IMG/VR virus record: IMGVR_UViG_3300032285_003957
Location: 32,001-96,000 of that record
Reading direction: 5' to 3' (one strand)
DNA: 64,000 nt
Source: a virus
Taxonomy: Duplodnaviria; Caudoviricetes
Shown: positions 10,461 through 20,329 of the stretch, one piece after another
Position numbering within the stretch: the stretch's first letter is position 1
How the letters are laid out: each line of letters opens with the position of its first letter
Program-made: the position numbers and the translations under genes
Notes under the pieces: model-generated
What the model was told of the DNA's origin: nothing
The model's input: only the letters and a program-made list of their open reading frames with translations
Databases searched by the model: none

Positions 10461-11711
10461 ATGGGAAACGGAAAGATTTTTATTCAAATTGCGTCATATA
10501 GAGACCCGCAATTATTACTTACAATTAAGGATTGTATTGAAAAAGCAAAGAATCCAAAAAAATTAGTGTTTTCAATAGCTTGGCAACATTCTACTGAAGA
10601 CGCTTGGGATAATTTGGAAGAATATAAGGACGATAAACGATTTAAAATTGTTGATATTGACTATAGAGACTCTCAAGGTGCTTGTTGGGCTCGTAATCAA
10701 TTGCAACAAAATTACGATGGTGAAGAATACACATTACAATTAGACTCACATCACCGATTTATAAAAAATTGGGATGAGGAGTTAATTAATATGATAAAAC
10801 AATTACAAGATAAAGGTCATGAAAAGCCATTATTAACAGGTTATGTTTCATCATTTGATCCTGATAATGATCCTGAAGCAAGAATAATGCAACCTTGGAA
10901 AATGAATTTCGATAGATTCATACCTGAAGGTGCGGTGTTCTTTTTACCTGCAACAATTGATGATTATTTGGAAAGAACTGAACCACTACCTGCAAGATTT
11001 TATTCTGCGCATTTTTGCTTTACATTAGGTCAATTTTGTGTTGAAGTTCCTCATGACCCTCAGTATTATTTCCATGGCGAAGAAATATCAATTGCAGTTA
11101 GAGCTTATACTTGGGGTTATGATTTATTTCATCCACATAAAGTAGTTGTTTGGCATGAATACACACGTAAAGGTAGAAAAAAACAATGGGACGATGACCC
11201 AATTTGGGTATCACGTAATGCCGCTTGTCACAAAAGAAATCGTAAGTTGTTTGAAATGGATGGTGAAATAAAAGATGTTGATTTTGGTGTGTATGATTTT
11301 GGTAAAGTAAGGTCGTTAGAAGATTATGAAAGGTATGCGGGGTTATCATTTAAGAAAAGAGCAATTCAACAATATACTAAAGATAATAAATTAGCACCTA
11401 ATCCACCGTTATATGGTGAAGAATTTGATAAATCATTCATGACGATATTCAAGCATTGTATTGATGTAGCGTATGATAAAGTTCCTGAAAAAGACTATGA
11501 TTTTTGGGTTGTAGCTTTTCATGATAATAACGATGAGACAGTTTATCGAGATGATATAAATGAGCAACAAATTAAAATGTTATATAATGACCCTGACGGT
11601 TATTGTAAAATTTGGAAAGAATTTCAAATATCAAAAAAACCAGCTTATTGGGTTGTTTGGCCACATAGTGTGTCAAAAGGTTGGTGCGAAAGATTAACAG
11701 GTGGCTTATAA
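10461..11711 (+). CDS. GT60-like (Skp1-type) GlcNAc transferase
   Basis: IFIQIASYRDP, GACWAR, LQLDSHHRF, FHGEE, AVRAYTWGYD, VWHEY motifs. Confidence 0.8.
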   Translation: MGNGKIFIQIASYRDPQLLLTIKDCIEKAKNPKKLVFSIAWQHSTEDAWDNLEEYKDDKRFKIVDIDYRDSQGACWARNQLQQNYDGEEYTLQLDSHHRFIKNWDEELINMIKQLQDKGHEKPLLTGYVSSFDPDNDPEARIMQPWKMNFDRFIPEGAVFFLPATIDDYLERTEPLPARFYSAHFCFTLGQFCVEVPHDPQYYFHGEEISIAVRAYTWGYDLFHPHKVVVWHEYTRKGRKKQWDDDPIWVSRNAACHKRNRKLFEMDGEIKDVDFGVYDFGKVRSLEDYERYAGLSFKKRAIQQYTKDNKLAPNPPLYGEEFDKSFMTIFKHCIDVAYDKVPEKDYDFWVVAFHDNNDETVYRDDINEQQIKMLYNDPDGYCKIWKEFQISKKPAYWVVWPHSVSKGWCERLTGGL

Positions 11712-11720
11712 TTATAATAT

Positions 11721-12617
11721 ATGTTAGAGATTACATTAACAGATTCTAATTTTCCTCATCAGGAATATTTGACTCCCTATTTAAAATCCAAACACATAGT
11801 TTGGAAAAGAGATGATATTAGAAGAAAAATAAATGTTTATACCGATAATTTCATTAAACAATCGGTAATTGATATTCCGCAAGATGGTAATATCAATGTG
11901 TGTATTCTATTAGAACCATACACCAATCCACCTTGGACAGACATCTATGATTATATTAGAACCGATTTTGAAAAATTTGATTTAATTATCACGCATAATC
12001 TAATGAAATTAGGTGACTTAATTGAATCAAGACCTGATAAATTTTATTATTCAACTAAATGTATCACAACCACTTGGTTAGAAGAAAAATTCATAGGTTT
12101 AAACAATAAAACAAAAATGATTTCAATGCCGTTCTCATTTAAAAATTTTTCAGAAGGCCATAGAATTAGACACATAATTTATGACAAATATAAAGATAGT
12201 GGGGTTATTGATTTTTATGGTTCGGGAATCGAAGGATATAATGGCGAATTTAGGGAATCATTGGTTGATTACAAATATTCAATTTGTTGTGAGAACTGTT
12301 TACAAAAAGGATTTAATTCTGAAAAATTAAACGATTGTTTTTTAACATATACAATACCAATTTATTGGGGTTCAGAAATTTATGATGAGAATTATGACAA
12401 ATCATCCGTTTTTATGTTTTCACCAAATAAAGAAAAAGTAGATTTTAATTTTGAAGAATCATTTGAAAATTTGGACAAAACAATACAAACAATATTAGCA
12501 ACTGACCCTTATGATGAATTAAAAAAAGCTGTAGAACATAATTTTAGTTACACCTTTAATAATTTACAAACAGAGGATAACATATATAACGTATTACTAA
12601 AAAGGAATTATATATGA
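11721..12617 (+). CDS. GT10-like glycosyltransferase (fucosyltransferase fold)
   Basis: YKYSICCEN..NSEKLNDCF..IPIYWG motif. Confidence 0.7.
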   Translation: MLEITLTDSNFPHQEYLTPYLKSKHIVWKRDDIRRKINVYTDNFIKQSVIDIPQDGNINVCILLEPYTNPPWTDIYDYIRTDFEKFDLIITHNLMKLGDLIESRPDKFYYSTKCITTTWLEEKFIGLNNKTKMISMPFSFKNFSEGHRIRHIIYDKYKDSGVIDFYGSGIEGYNGEFRESLVDYKYSICCENCLQKGFNSEKLNDCFLTYTIPIYWGSEIYDENYDKSSVFMFSPNKEKVDFNFEESFENLDKTIQTILATDPYDELKKAVEHNFSYTFNNLQTEDNIYNVLLKRNYI

Positions 12618-13387
12618 TATTTTGGTTTGGTGAAAAATTATGTGACGCGGGATTTGCTATCAACCTTAAACATAGAACAGACCGTTTAGAATCTTGTTTT
12701 AAAGAATTAGATATTTCGGGTATTGAAGGGGTTGAAAGATTTGAAGCCGTTTCAATGGAAGGAACAGCATTTCCGAGATTTGGATGCACGCAAAGCCATA
12801 TTGATATTGCAAAAAAACAAATCGAAAACAATTGGGAATACGTTTTATATTTGGAAGATGATATCCAAGCTGATTTTTATTATTGTGAAAAAATAAAACA
12901 AGAAGCGGTAAACAAACAATTAGTCGCTAAACAAATCATCAAAGAATTAAATCAACACAAACCCGATATATTATGGTTAGGCGTAAGACCCGAGAGTTTT
13001 ACTGAACCATTTAATGACATTTTAGTTAAAGCAAGAAAAACGTTAATGTCACATGCATATATTGGTTCATTAAAATATGCAAATTTTTTAGTTGATAATT
13101 TAAGATATATGGAAGAGAATCATTTTTCCAAAAGATTTGCAATAGACTTTTTTATGTCACAAATTGCTGAAAAAGACGATTGGCAATTAGATAAGTATAA
13201 AGAGGGAGATAAAATTAAAACGAATGATTTGGTGTCTTTGATAGCTATGCCAATGATTTTTAATCAAGGGCCGTCACACTCTAATTTAACTGAAGTATGG
13301 GTGGATTATAGAGTTTGGGTTAGAGGGTCTATTGATTATTATATAAATTTAGAAAAACTTAATATAAAACCATTATTACATGAATAA
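12614..13387 (+). CDS. GT25-like glycosyltransferase
   Basis: INLKHRTDR, ERFEAV, GCTQSH, LYLEDD motifs. Confidence 0.75.
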   Translation: MIFWFGEKLCDAGFAINLKHRTDRLESCFKELDISGIEGVERFEAVSMEGTAFPRFGCTQSHIDIAKKQIENNWEYVLYLEDDIQADFYYCEKIKQEAVNKQLVAKQIIKELNQHKPDILWLGVRPESFTEPFNDILVKARKTLMSHAYIGSLKYANFLVDNLRYMEENHFSKRFAIDFFMSQIAEKDDWQLDKYKEGDKIKTNDLVSLIAMPMIFNQGPSHSNLTEVWVDYRVWVRGSIDYYINLEKLNIKPLLHE

Positions 13388-14063
13388 CTCGATTAAATAT
13401 TGGGACGAAAAAATTGTCTCGAGACATATTGGAATGGAAATCAAATGGTTAATTGATTATCTAACCGAAAAAAATATAAGTGAAATATCGTATATCGATA
13501 TTGGAGGTAATGTTGGTAAATTTTACGATGAACTTTCGGAAAAATATCATATTAAAAAATGTGTTATCGTTGAAGCATCAAAAAGATTAAGTGAATATAT
13601 GGTTGAAAAATTCAAAAATATTGATTCAATTACCGTGTATAATTTTGGTATATCGGATAGCGAAGGTGAATATCATTTTGATGATTCGGGTATTGATTTT
13701 TGGGCTGACAGAGAACTAAATGAAGACATTAATTTGGGTGTCTCAAAAATGTCAAATAGACCGGGTGAAACGCCATTCATAAAAATGGACAAATTTCTAA
13801 CCGAGTTTAATACGATACCATCAAATGAAATAACATTTATTAAAATTGATACAGAAAACAGGGATATTCCAATTGTGGGTGACATGATGGAATACTTAAA
13901 AATAAACAACATAAGACCATTCATACTATTTGAAAATAATTTTCATAATGATATGTCAATGGAAGATGCTCAAAAAATTGTTGATAATTTTTGTGAGGTC
14001 CTAAATTATGAAAAAGTTGACTTAAACATAAACGGCGATAAATTTATAAAACCAATAATTTAA
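13380..14063 (+). CDS. FkbM-family methyltransferase
   Basis: YIDIGGNVG, VIVEA, FIKIDTE motifs. Confidence 0.8.
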   Translation: MNNSIKYWDEKIVSRHIGMEIKWLIDYLTEKNISEISYIDIGGNVGKFYDELSEKYHIKKCVIVEASKRLSEYMVEKFKNIDSITVYNFGISDSEGEYHFDDSGIDFWADRELNEDINLGVSKMSNRPGETPFIKMDKFLTEFNTIPSNEITFIKIDTENRDIPIVGDMMEYLKINNIRPFILFENNFHNDMSMEDAQKIVDNFCEVLNYEKVDLNINGDKFIKPII

Positions 14064-14066
14064 AAT

Positions 14067-15218
14067 ATGAAAACATCGATTGGGGATATTGTTGATAGAT
14101 ATTCAATATGCAAATTAAAATCTGAAAGATTACAGATTGAGAATTTGAAGGAAATGAACGAATTACAAAATGAAATGAATCAATACGAAGGGATTGATGA
14201 GTATGTTACCAAATTATATGAAGTAAATGGCGATATTTGGGACTTAGAAGCTGACATTAGACAAGAAAACGAAGACATACTTGGTTTAGAGGAAGTGGGT
14301 AGACGTGCAATTAAAATTAGGGGGTTTAATAACATTAGAGTCGCTTATAAAAATGAAATAAATTCAAAATATAATGAGGGTTTCCTTGAAGTTAAAATGA
14401 ATCACGGTAGTGCAAAAGAACCATCTGTTATTATTTCATTAACCACTGTTCCTGAAAGATTGGCTTTACCTAATGAAGACGGTGTGAAATTAGTTATCAC
14501 AAGTTTATGTGAGCAAAATGATGATGATTATGAAGTTCATTTTAATGTTCCAAATAAAAACGTCATAACTGGTAAAGAATATATTATTCCTGAATGGGCT
14601 AATGAGTTTTTATTAAAATATAAACATTTTAAAATTTTTAGAACGGAAGATTTTGGCCCACCGACAAAATTTGTCCCAACAATACAAAGGATAACAAATC
14701 CTGAGACAATATTGGTTGTTGTTGATGATGATATGATTTATCATGAGGATATGGTGACCGAACATAGAAAAAATCACCAACAGTTTCCCGATAGTGCATT
14801 TTGTTATGATGGAAGAGGTGCGATAAAATCATTATATGGCGGTGAATTACCTGATTTTTGGATTGTTTGTGTAACAGAACCAAGAGAAGTTCATGTCATT
14901 CAACATTACAAATCTTGTTCATATAAGAAAAAATATTTCACCGATGATTTTTTTAATTATTACATTGGTAAAACATTTTCTGATGATGTTTTAGTTTCTA
15001 AATATTTTAGGGATAATAATATTAAAATGTATGTAATGCCGTATGAGCCTGATTTACATTTATATAATACTTTAGAAAAATGGCAAGCTAATCAAGGCGT
15101 TGTAGCATTTCCAATTACAAAATATGCTCACAGTCTGAATGAAACGGGTTGTAATCATCCTGAAATGATTAAAATACAACCAAGATTTTATGAACCAAAT
15201 GATTTAGGAAAAAAATAA
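14067..15218 (+). CDS. fusion of small helical domain and GT-A glycosyltransferase
   Basis: IGDIVDRYSICKLK..NGDIWDLEADIR domain; ISLTTVPER, GPPTK, VVDDD, SDDV motifs. Confidence 0.7.
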   Translation: MKTSIGDIVDRYSICKLKSERLQIENLKEMNELQNEMNQYEGIDEYVTKLYEVNGDIWDLEADIRQENEDILGLEEVGRRAIKIRGFNNIRVAYKNEINSKYNEGFLEVKMNHGSAKEPSVIISLTTVPERLALPNEDGVKLVITSLCEQNDDDYEVHFNVPNKNVITGKEYIIPEWANEFLLKYKHFKIFRTEDFGPPTKFVPTIQRITNPETILVVVDDDMIYHEDMVTEHRKNHQQFPDSAFCYDGRGAIKSLYGGELPDFWIVCVTEPREVHVIQHYKSCSYKKKYFTDDFFNYYIGKTFSDDVLVSKYFRDNNIKMYVMPYEPDLHLYNTLEKWQANQGVVAFPITKYAHSLNETGCNHPEMIKIQPRFYEPNDLGKK

Positions 15219-15224
15219 ATTAAA

Positions 15225-17579
15225 ATGAACGGAAAAATTGATAATATTTTAAACTTTAATAATAAAAAAATTGACCCGTCAATCATAAATGATGACCAAA
15301 TTAAAAATTTGGTTCTTTATTTATCTGACGCTATTGATAGAAATATTGATGGCGATGTTGTGGAATTTGGTTGTTATGTTGGTGAGTCGAGCAAATACTT
15401 AACAAAAACATTACTTGAAAATGAATCAAATAAAAAGCTTTATGTTTACGATTCATTTGAGGGTTTACCGCCATTATCTAAATGGGAAGAAGGAACAGGT
15501 TGGAGAGCAGGAACGCTTAAAAGCACTGAGGAGATATTGATATCTAATTTTAACCAAAATAATTTACCAATACCAATCATACATAAAGATTGGTTTAAAG
15601 ATGTTCCCGAAAATAAATTACCTGAAAAAATTTCATTTGCTTTTTTGGATGGTGATTTTTATGATTCAATTTATGATAGTTTAAATAAAGTTTTTGATAG
15701 GATAAGTGATGGCGGATACATATGCTTCCACGACTATCAAAGAAACGATTTACCGGGCGTTAGAGCTGCAATAGAAGATACATTTAGAGAAAGAGGTGTT
15801 GATTATACTGTTATTGAGGTTTGTGAACAATTGGGGGTCTTTAAAAAGAATGGTATCGTTGATTTATTGGATAACACCATAACACAAAATGATAACATAA
15901 AATATGGTGGGACAACAATTGTTACTGGTATTTGGGATATAAAAAGAAATGAATTATCAGATGGTTGGAGTCGTAATTTTGACCATTATTTAACACACTT
16001 ATCTAAATTACTTAAAACCAAAGATAATGTTATAATATACATTGAGGATCAGTATAAATCATTTGTTGAAAATATAAGGGATAAAAGTAACACACTTATT
16101 ATTGTAAGGGAATTAGATTGGTTTAAATCAAATGAACTTTTATATAATAAGACACAAGAAATTAGAAACAATCCTGATTGGTATAATCAAGCAGGTTGGT
16201 TAAAAGATAGCACACAAGCAAAATTGGAGATGTATAATCCAATTGTGATGTCTAAGATGTTTTTATTAAATGATGCCGCCATTTTGGATCCATTTGATTC
16301 ATCACACATGGTATGGGTTGATGGTGCAATAACTAATACAGTTCATGAAGGTTATTTTTGGAAAGACAATGTTATTGAAAACATTAGTAAAACATTTAAT
16401 AAATTTTCTTTTGTTTGTTTTCCATACAACGGGACGGTTGAAATACATGGTTTCAAATACGATGAGATTTGTAAATACTCGGGTAAATTAGTGGATAGAG
16501 TTGCGAGAGGCGGTATTTTTGGTGGACCAAAACATCTAATATCTAAATTAAATCAAATTTATTATGGGTTGATGCAAGATACCTTAATAAAAAATTTGAT
16601 GGGGACTGAAGAGAGTATTTTTACAATTATAACTTACAAATATCCTGAATTTGTTCAATATTTTGATATTGAGTATAATGGATTACTTGGCCCATTTTTT
16701 GAAAATTTAAAAAACAACACATTAAAAGCAAAACAAGAGAATAATGGTGATGCGTCAATTAATGGTCATGATAAAAACAATACCGCACTTTATGTTTTAA
16801 CATATAATTCACCAAAACAATTTGAAACATTGTGTAAATCCTTTGAAATGTATGACCGTAATTTTTTGAATTTACCGAAAAAATATCTTTTAAATAATTC
16901 ATTGGATAGGTCAACAGATATCGCTTATGCTGAACTTTGTGACAAATACGGATTTGAAGAATTAAAAAAAGATAATATCGGTATTTGTGGTGGAAGACAA
17001 TTCATAGCTGAACATGCAGATGAAAATAATTTTGATTATCATTTCTTCTTTGAGGATGATATGTTTTTTTATGTAGGTGAAGATGAATTTTGTAGAAATG
17101 GTTTTAGAAGAAAAATAAAAGATTTTTACAATATTATGATGGATATTGCTTGGAAGGAAAATTTTGATTATTTAAAATGGAATTTCAGTGAATTTTTTGG
17201 TGATAATACACAACAATGGGCTTGGCACAATGTTCCCGCGTCTGTTAGACAAGAATATTTTCCTGAAACACCAATAAAATTAAGTAATGATGTTAGTTTA
17301 GCACCATATTTAAACTTCAAAAATATTAAATCTTTTAGAGGATTACCATATGCCACAGGTGAAATATATTATTGTAATTGGCCACAAGTAGTGTCAAAAC
17401 AAGGTAATAAAAAAATGTTTTTAGATACAACTTGGGAGCATCCGTATGAACAAACATGGATGTCATATATGTATCAAGAGACTGTTAAAGGTAATTTGAA
17501 TATGGGTATTTTATTGGCTACACCAACGGAACACAATAGATTTGAGCATTATGATGGTAAAGATAGAAGAGAAAATTAA
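15225..17579 (+). CDS. multidomain protein: TylF/MycF O-methyltransferase, HtrL/YibB-like domain and glycosyltransferase
   Basis: GDVVEFGCYVG, DSFEG, LDGDFYDS; TTIVTGIWDI..SKMFL..WVDG; FFFEDD. Confidence 0.75.
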   Translation: MNGKIDNILNFNNKKIDPSIINDDQIKNLVLYLSDAIDRNIDGDVVEFGCYVGESSKYLTKTLLENESNKKLYVYDSFEGLPPLSKWEEGTGWRAGTLKSTEEILISNFNQNNLPIPIIHKDWFKDVPENKLPEKISFAFLDGDFYDSIYDSLNKVFDRISDGGYICFHDYQRNDLPGVRAAIEDTFRERGVDYTVIEVCEQLGVFKKNGIVDLLDNTITQNDNIKYGGTTIVTGIWDIKRNELSDGWSRNFDHYLTHLSKLLKTKDNVIIYIEDQYKSFVENIRDKSNTLIIVRELDWFKSNELLYNKTQEIRNNPDWYNQAGWLKDSTQAKLEMYNPIVMSKMFLLNDAAILDPFDSSHMVWVDGAITNTVHEGYFWKDNVIENISKTFNKFSFVCFPYNGTVEIHGFKYDEICKYSGKLVDRVARGGIFGGPKHLISKLNQIYYGLMQDTLIKNLMGTEESIFTIITYKYPEFVQYFDIEYNGLLGPFFENLKNNTLKAKQENNGDASINGHDKNNTALYVLTYNSPKQFETLCKSFEMYDRNFLNLPKKYLLNNSLDRSTDIAYAELCDKYGFEELKKDNIGICGGRQFIAEHADENNFDYHFFFEDDMFFYVGEDEFCRNGFRRKIKDFYNIMMDIAWKENFDYLKWNFSEFFGDNTQQWAWHNVPASVRQEYFPETPIKLSNDVSLAPYLNFKNIKSFRGLPYATGEIYYCNWPQVVSKQGNKKMFLDTTWEHPYEQTWMSYMYQETVKGNLNMGILLATPTEHNRFEHYDGKDRREN

Positions 17580-18541
17580 ACCATAGTTTTTATCCATTCA
17601 TATGTTTTAATCAAACCATCGTATAATGGTTGTGATGGTTTCCAATTTAATTTTTCTTTGATTAATTTATTATCACTATTTCTACCCCTAACACCTTGCG
17701 GGCCGTCAATATGATTAAGATATATTTCTTTACCACTTATATCAATAATATAGTTAGCTAAAGTATTAATTGAAACAATTTCTTCACTTCCAATATTAAG
17801 TGGATTGTTAAAATTAGAATCCATAAGTTTTAATATCGCTTCAACACATTCATCAATATACAAAAAACTTCTTGTTTGTAAACCATCACCCCATATATCG
17901 ATTTGACCACCATCTAAACATTCCGCAACTTTTCTACATAAAGCCGCGGGAGCCTTTTCTTTACCACCTTTAAATGTGCCATAGGGACCAAATATGTTGT
18001 GAAATCTACCAATTCTAACATTTAACCCGTAGTTTCTTTGATATGCTTCGTATAATTTTTCACCGTATAATTTTTCCCAACCATAATTTGAATCTGGTTG
18101 TGCGGGATATACTGTGTGTTCTTCACAATTGGGATTGTTTGCGTTTTCTTGATTAAATTCAGGATATACACAAGCTGATGAAGAATAAAATACTTTTTTA
18201 ACGTTAGTTCTAATACATTCATTTAGCACGTTTAAATTAATCAATGTTGAATTATGCATAACATTCGCATCATTTTCACCAGTATTAATATAACCTGCTC
18301 CACCCATATCGGCAGCTAATTGATATACTTCATCAAATATTTCGTCGTTTCTATTGTAGAATGCTCTACCACAAGATAATGGCCTTCTTAAATCGTAATT
18401 ATAAAATTCGCTACAATAGTTTGTAAGATATTCATGTTCTTTGATATCAACTACACGAACATAATTTCCTTCATTGTATAATTTTTTAGCTAAATGACCA
18501 CCTATAAAACCGCCACCACCTAAAACCAATATTCTTTTCAT
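17576..18541 (-). CDS. NAD-dependent epimerase, GDP-mannose 3,5-epimerase-like
   Basis: GGGGFIG, LAADMGG, YSSSACVYP, YGWEK, RFHNIFGP, EKAPAALCRK. Confidence 0.85.
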   Translation of the reverse strand: MKRILVLGGGGFIGGHLAKKLYNEGNYVRVVDIKEHEYLTNYCSEFYNYDLRRPLSCGRAFYNRNDEIFDEVYQLAADMGGAGYINTGENDANVMHNSTLINLNVLNECIRTNVKKVFYSSSACVYPEFNQENANNPNCEEHTVYPAQPDSNYGWEKLYGEKLYEAYQRNYGLNVRIGRFHNIFGPYGTFKGGKEKAPAALCRKVAECLDGGQIDIWGDGLQTRSFLYIDECVEAILKLMDSNFNNPLNIGSEEIVSINTLANYIIDISGKEIYLNHIDGPQGVRGRNSDNKLIKEKLNWKPSQPLYDGLIKTYEWIKTMV

Positions 18542-18552
18542 GAAATTAAAAG

Positions 18553-18693
18553 TTACTTCTTTTCTTGTTTTTTTTGTGGTAACTGTAAACCCTTCTTAAA
18601 TTCTTCTTTTTTTTCTTTAGCTTGTTTTTCAAGCATTTTGTGTTGTTCAGATATTTTCTTTCTCTCAGCTTCAGACATTCCAAAAATTGACAT
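18553..18693 (-). CDS. small basic hypothetical protein (46 aa)
   Basis: manually translated: MSIFGMSEAERKKISEQHK... Confidence 0.5.
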   Translation of the reverse strand: MSIFGMSEAERKKISEQHKMLEKQAKEKKEEFKKGLQLPQKKQEKK

Positions 18694-18697
18694 AATA

Positions 18698-19012
18698 TTA
18701 AATTGTTTTTTTATTCATTATTTGTAAAGACTCGTCTTTTTTATCTTTTAACAAAGAACACATTTCGTATTCTTCTCTGTTTTCATAGATTTCAATTAGT
18801 GCATCGATAATTTCAACATATAATTCTAAATCCGTATCATATGTCAATATACTTGATGTGCAGTTGTAATCATTTAAAATTTCTTCGTCAATTGCAATCA
18901 TGAAATTAGTCACCATAGCTAACTCATCTTCATCGTAATTACCATGTTGTAATACCCTTGTTGCTTGTAATAAAAAGTTTGCTGTCATTGATATATTATA
19001 AATACCTTCCAT
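18698..19012 (-). CDS. hypothetical protein with C-terminal UVR-like helical hairpin
   Basis: YENREEYEMCSLLKDK resembles the UVR consensus. Confidence 0.55.
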   Translation of the reverse strand: MEGIYNISMTANFLLQATRVLQHGNYDEDELAMVTNFMIAIDEEILNDYNCTSSILTYDTDLELYVEIIDALIEIYENREEYEMCSLLKDKKDESLQIMNKKTI

Positions 19013-19335
19013 TATTTCTCTTTTAATTTTTTATCTAATATTCTAAAGCATTCTAAAAAACCCTCATATTCAACATCTTCACGAGTTTTTTTAGATTCTT
19101 GCGTTGGACCGATTATTACACCCGTTTCAAGAGCTATAGAAAAAACCCATTGGTTTGGATTATACATTTCAACCGTTAAATAAATCCCTTCTTTATCAAA
19201 AAACTGATAAAGCTTTTTTATGTCATAGATATGTAACGTAGACAGGCTTATAACACCTGTATTTGGAAACATAACATCAGTAAACCTTTTTAGGGCATTT
19301 GGATGCAAAAAATCAATAACATACCAATCTATCAT
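19012..19335 (-). CDS. hypothetical protein
   Basis: 107-aa coupled ORF. Confidence 0.6.
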   Translation of the reverse strand: MIDWYVIDFLHPNALKRFTDVMFPNTGVISLSTLHIYDIKKLYQFFDKEGIYLTVEMYNPNQWVFSIALETGVIIGPTQESKKTREDVEYEGFLECFRILDKKLKEK

Positions 19336-19417
19336 ACAATTAATTATACGAAAATCTTCTAATAATGTATAGTTTTTAAACTTTTGATTTTTTTTATCAT
19401 AATTATCATTATTTGCA

Positions 19418-19651
19418 ATGCTCTTACACGAATTTTACTACAACAATCGAAGGCTTTATGTTGAATTCTCAACTAAGGAGGATGGGGATGATTTTTATAG
19501 AACATTGGAATTAGATTATAACGATGTTGTTTACTATTCTGTTGATATAATCGATGAAACTGATTTACGTGATTTGGATGAGAGCTTAGTGATTGAAATT
19601 ATCGAACAATATCTTAAAGAGAACGACTTACCAGAACGAGAGTATTTATAG
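19418..19651 (+). CDS. acidic hypothetical protein
   Basis: 77-aa ORF. Confidence 0.55.
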   Translation: MLLHEFYYNNRRLYVEFSTKEDGDDFYRTLELDYNDVVYYSVDIIDETDLRDLDESLVIEIIEQYLKENDLPEREYL

Positions 19652-19653
19652 TT

Positions 19654-20025
19654 ATGAGTTTTTTGTCAGAAGAAGCAAAAGAAAAATTGCAAAAATTTAC
19701 AAAATTTGTTAAGGATCAGTTAGAATTAGAAACTGTTCCCACTATATCAATTCAAAACGGTCGCGGTAAATTGAAGACTACCGCTAATTATGACCATTCT
19801 AAACCTAACAAGGTTATTAAAATTAATGCACATAAACGAGCTTTAGTTGATGTTATGAGGAGTTTAGCTCATGAAATGGTTCACCATAAACAATGGGAAC
19901 GAGGTGATTTAGAAGTTAAACCACCAGATATCGGAGGACCGATTGAGGATGAAGCTAACGCAAAAGCAGGTCAATACATAAAAATGTATTCAAAAATTGA
20001 TCCCGATATATACAATATCGATTAA
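19654..20025 (+). CDS. putative zinc metallopeptidase-like protein
   Basis: HEMVH and EDEANA motifs. Confidence 0.65.
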   Translation: MSFLSEEAKEKLQKFTKFVKDQLELETVPTISIQNGRGKLKTTANYDHSKPNKVIKINAHKRALVDVMRSLAHEMVHHKQWERGDLEVKPPDIGGPIEDEANAKAGQYIKMYSKIDPDIYNID

Positions 20026-20043
20026 TTTTCATATTTATATCAT

Positions 20044-20304
20044 ATGAAACTTGTAATATCTGAAAAACAATTTAAACTAATATTATCTCACGAGAATCTA
20101 TTAGACGAAGAAGATGCGGCTCCATCAACACCAAGTGGTAATTCAGGTGGGAGTGCACCATCAGGTGGTGGCTCAGGTTATCCATCGGTTACAAAATGGG
20201 AAAGTGGTGTCACAAGAGGCCCTGCTAATCAAATAGGCGTAACCAAATGGTCAGATATTGTGGGTAACTCATTAAAAAGAGGAAACGCAAACCCATTAAC
20301 TTAA
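20044..20304 (+). CDS. candidate virion protein with ISEKQ leader
   Basis: MKLVISEKQFKLILSHENLLDE; TATTTATA upstream. Confidence 0.6.
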   Translation: MKLVISEKQFKLILSHENLLDEEDAAPSTPSGNSGGSAPSGGGSGYPSVTKWESGVTRGPANQIGVTKWSDIVGNSLKRGNANPLT

Positions 20305-20329
20305 CAATTTTCTTGATATTTATATTGTA

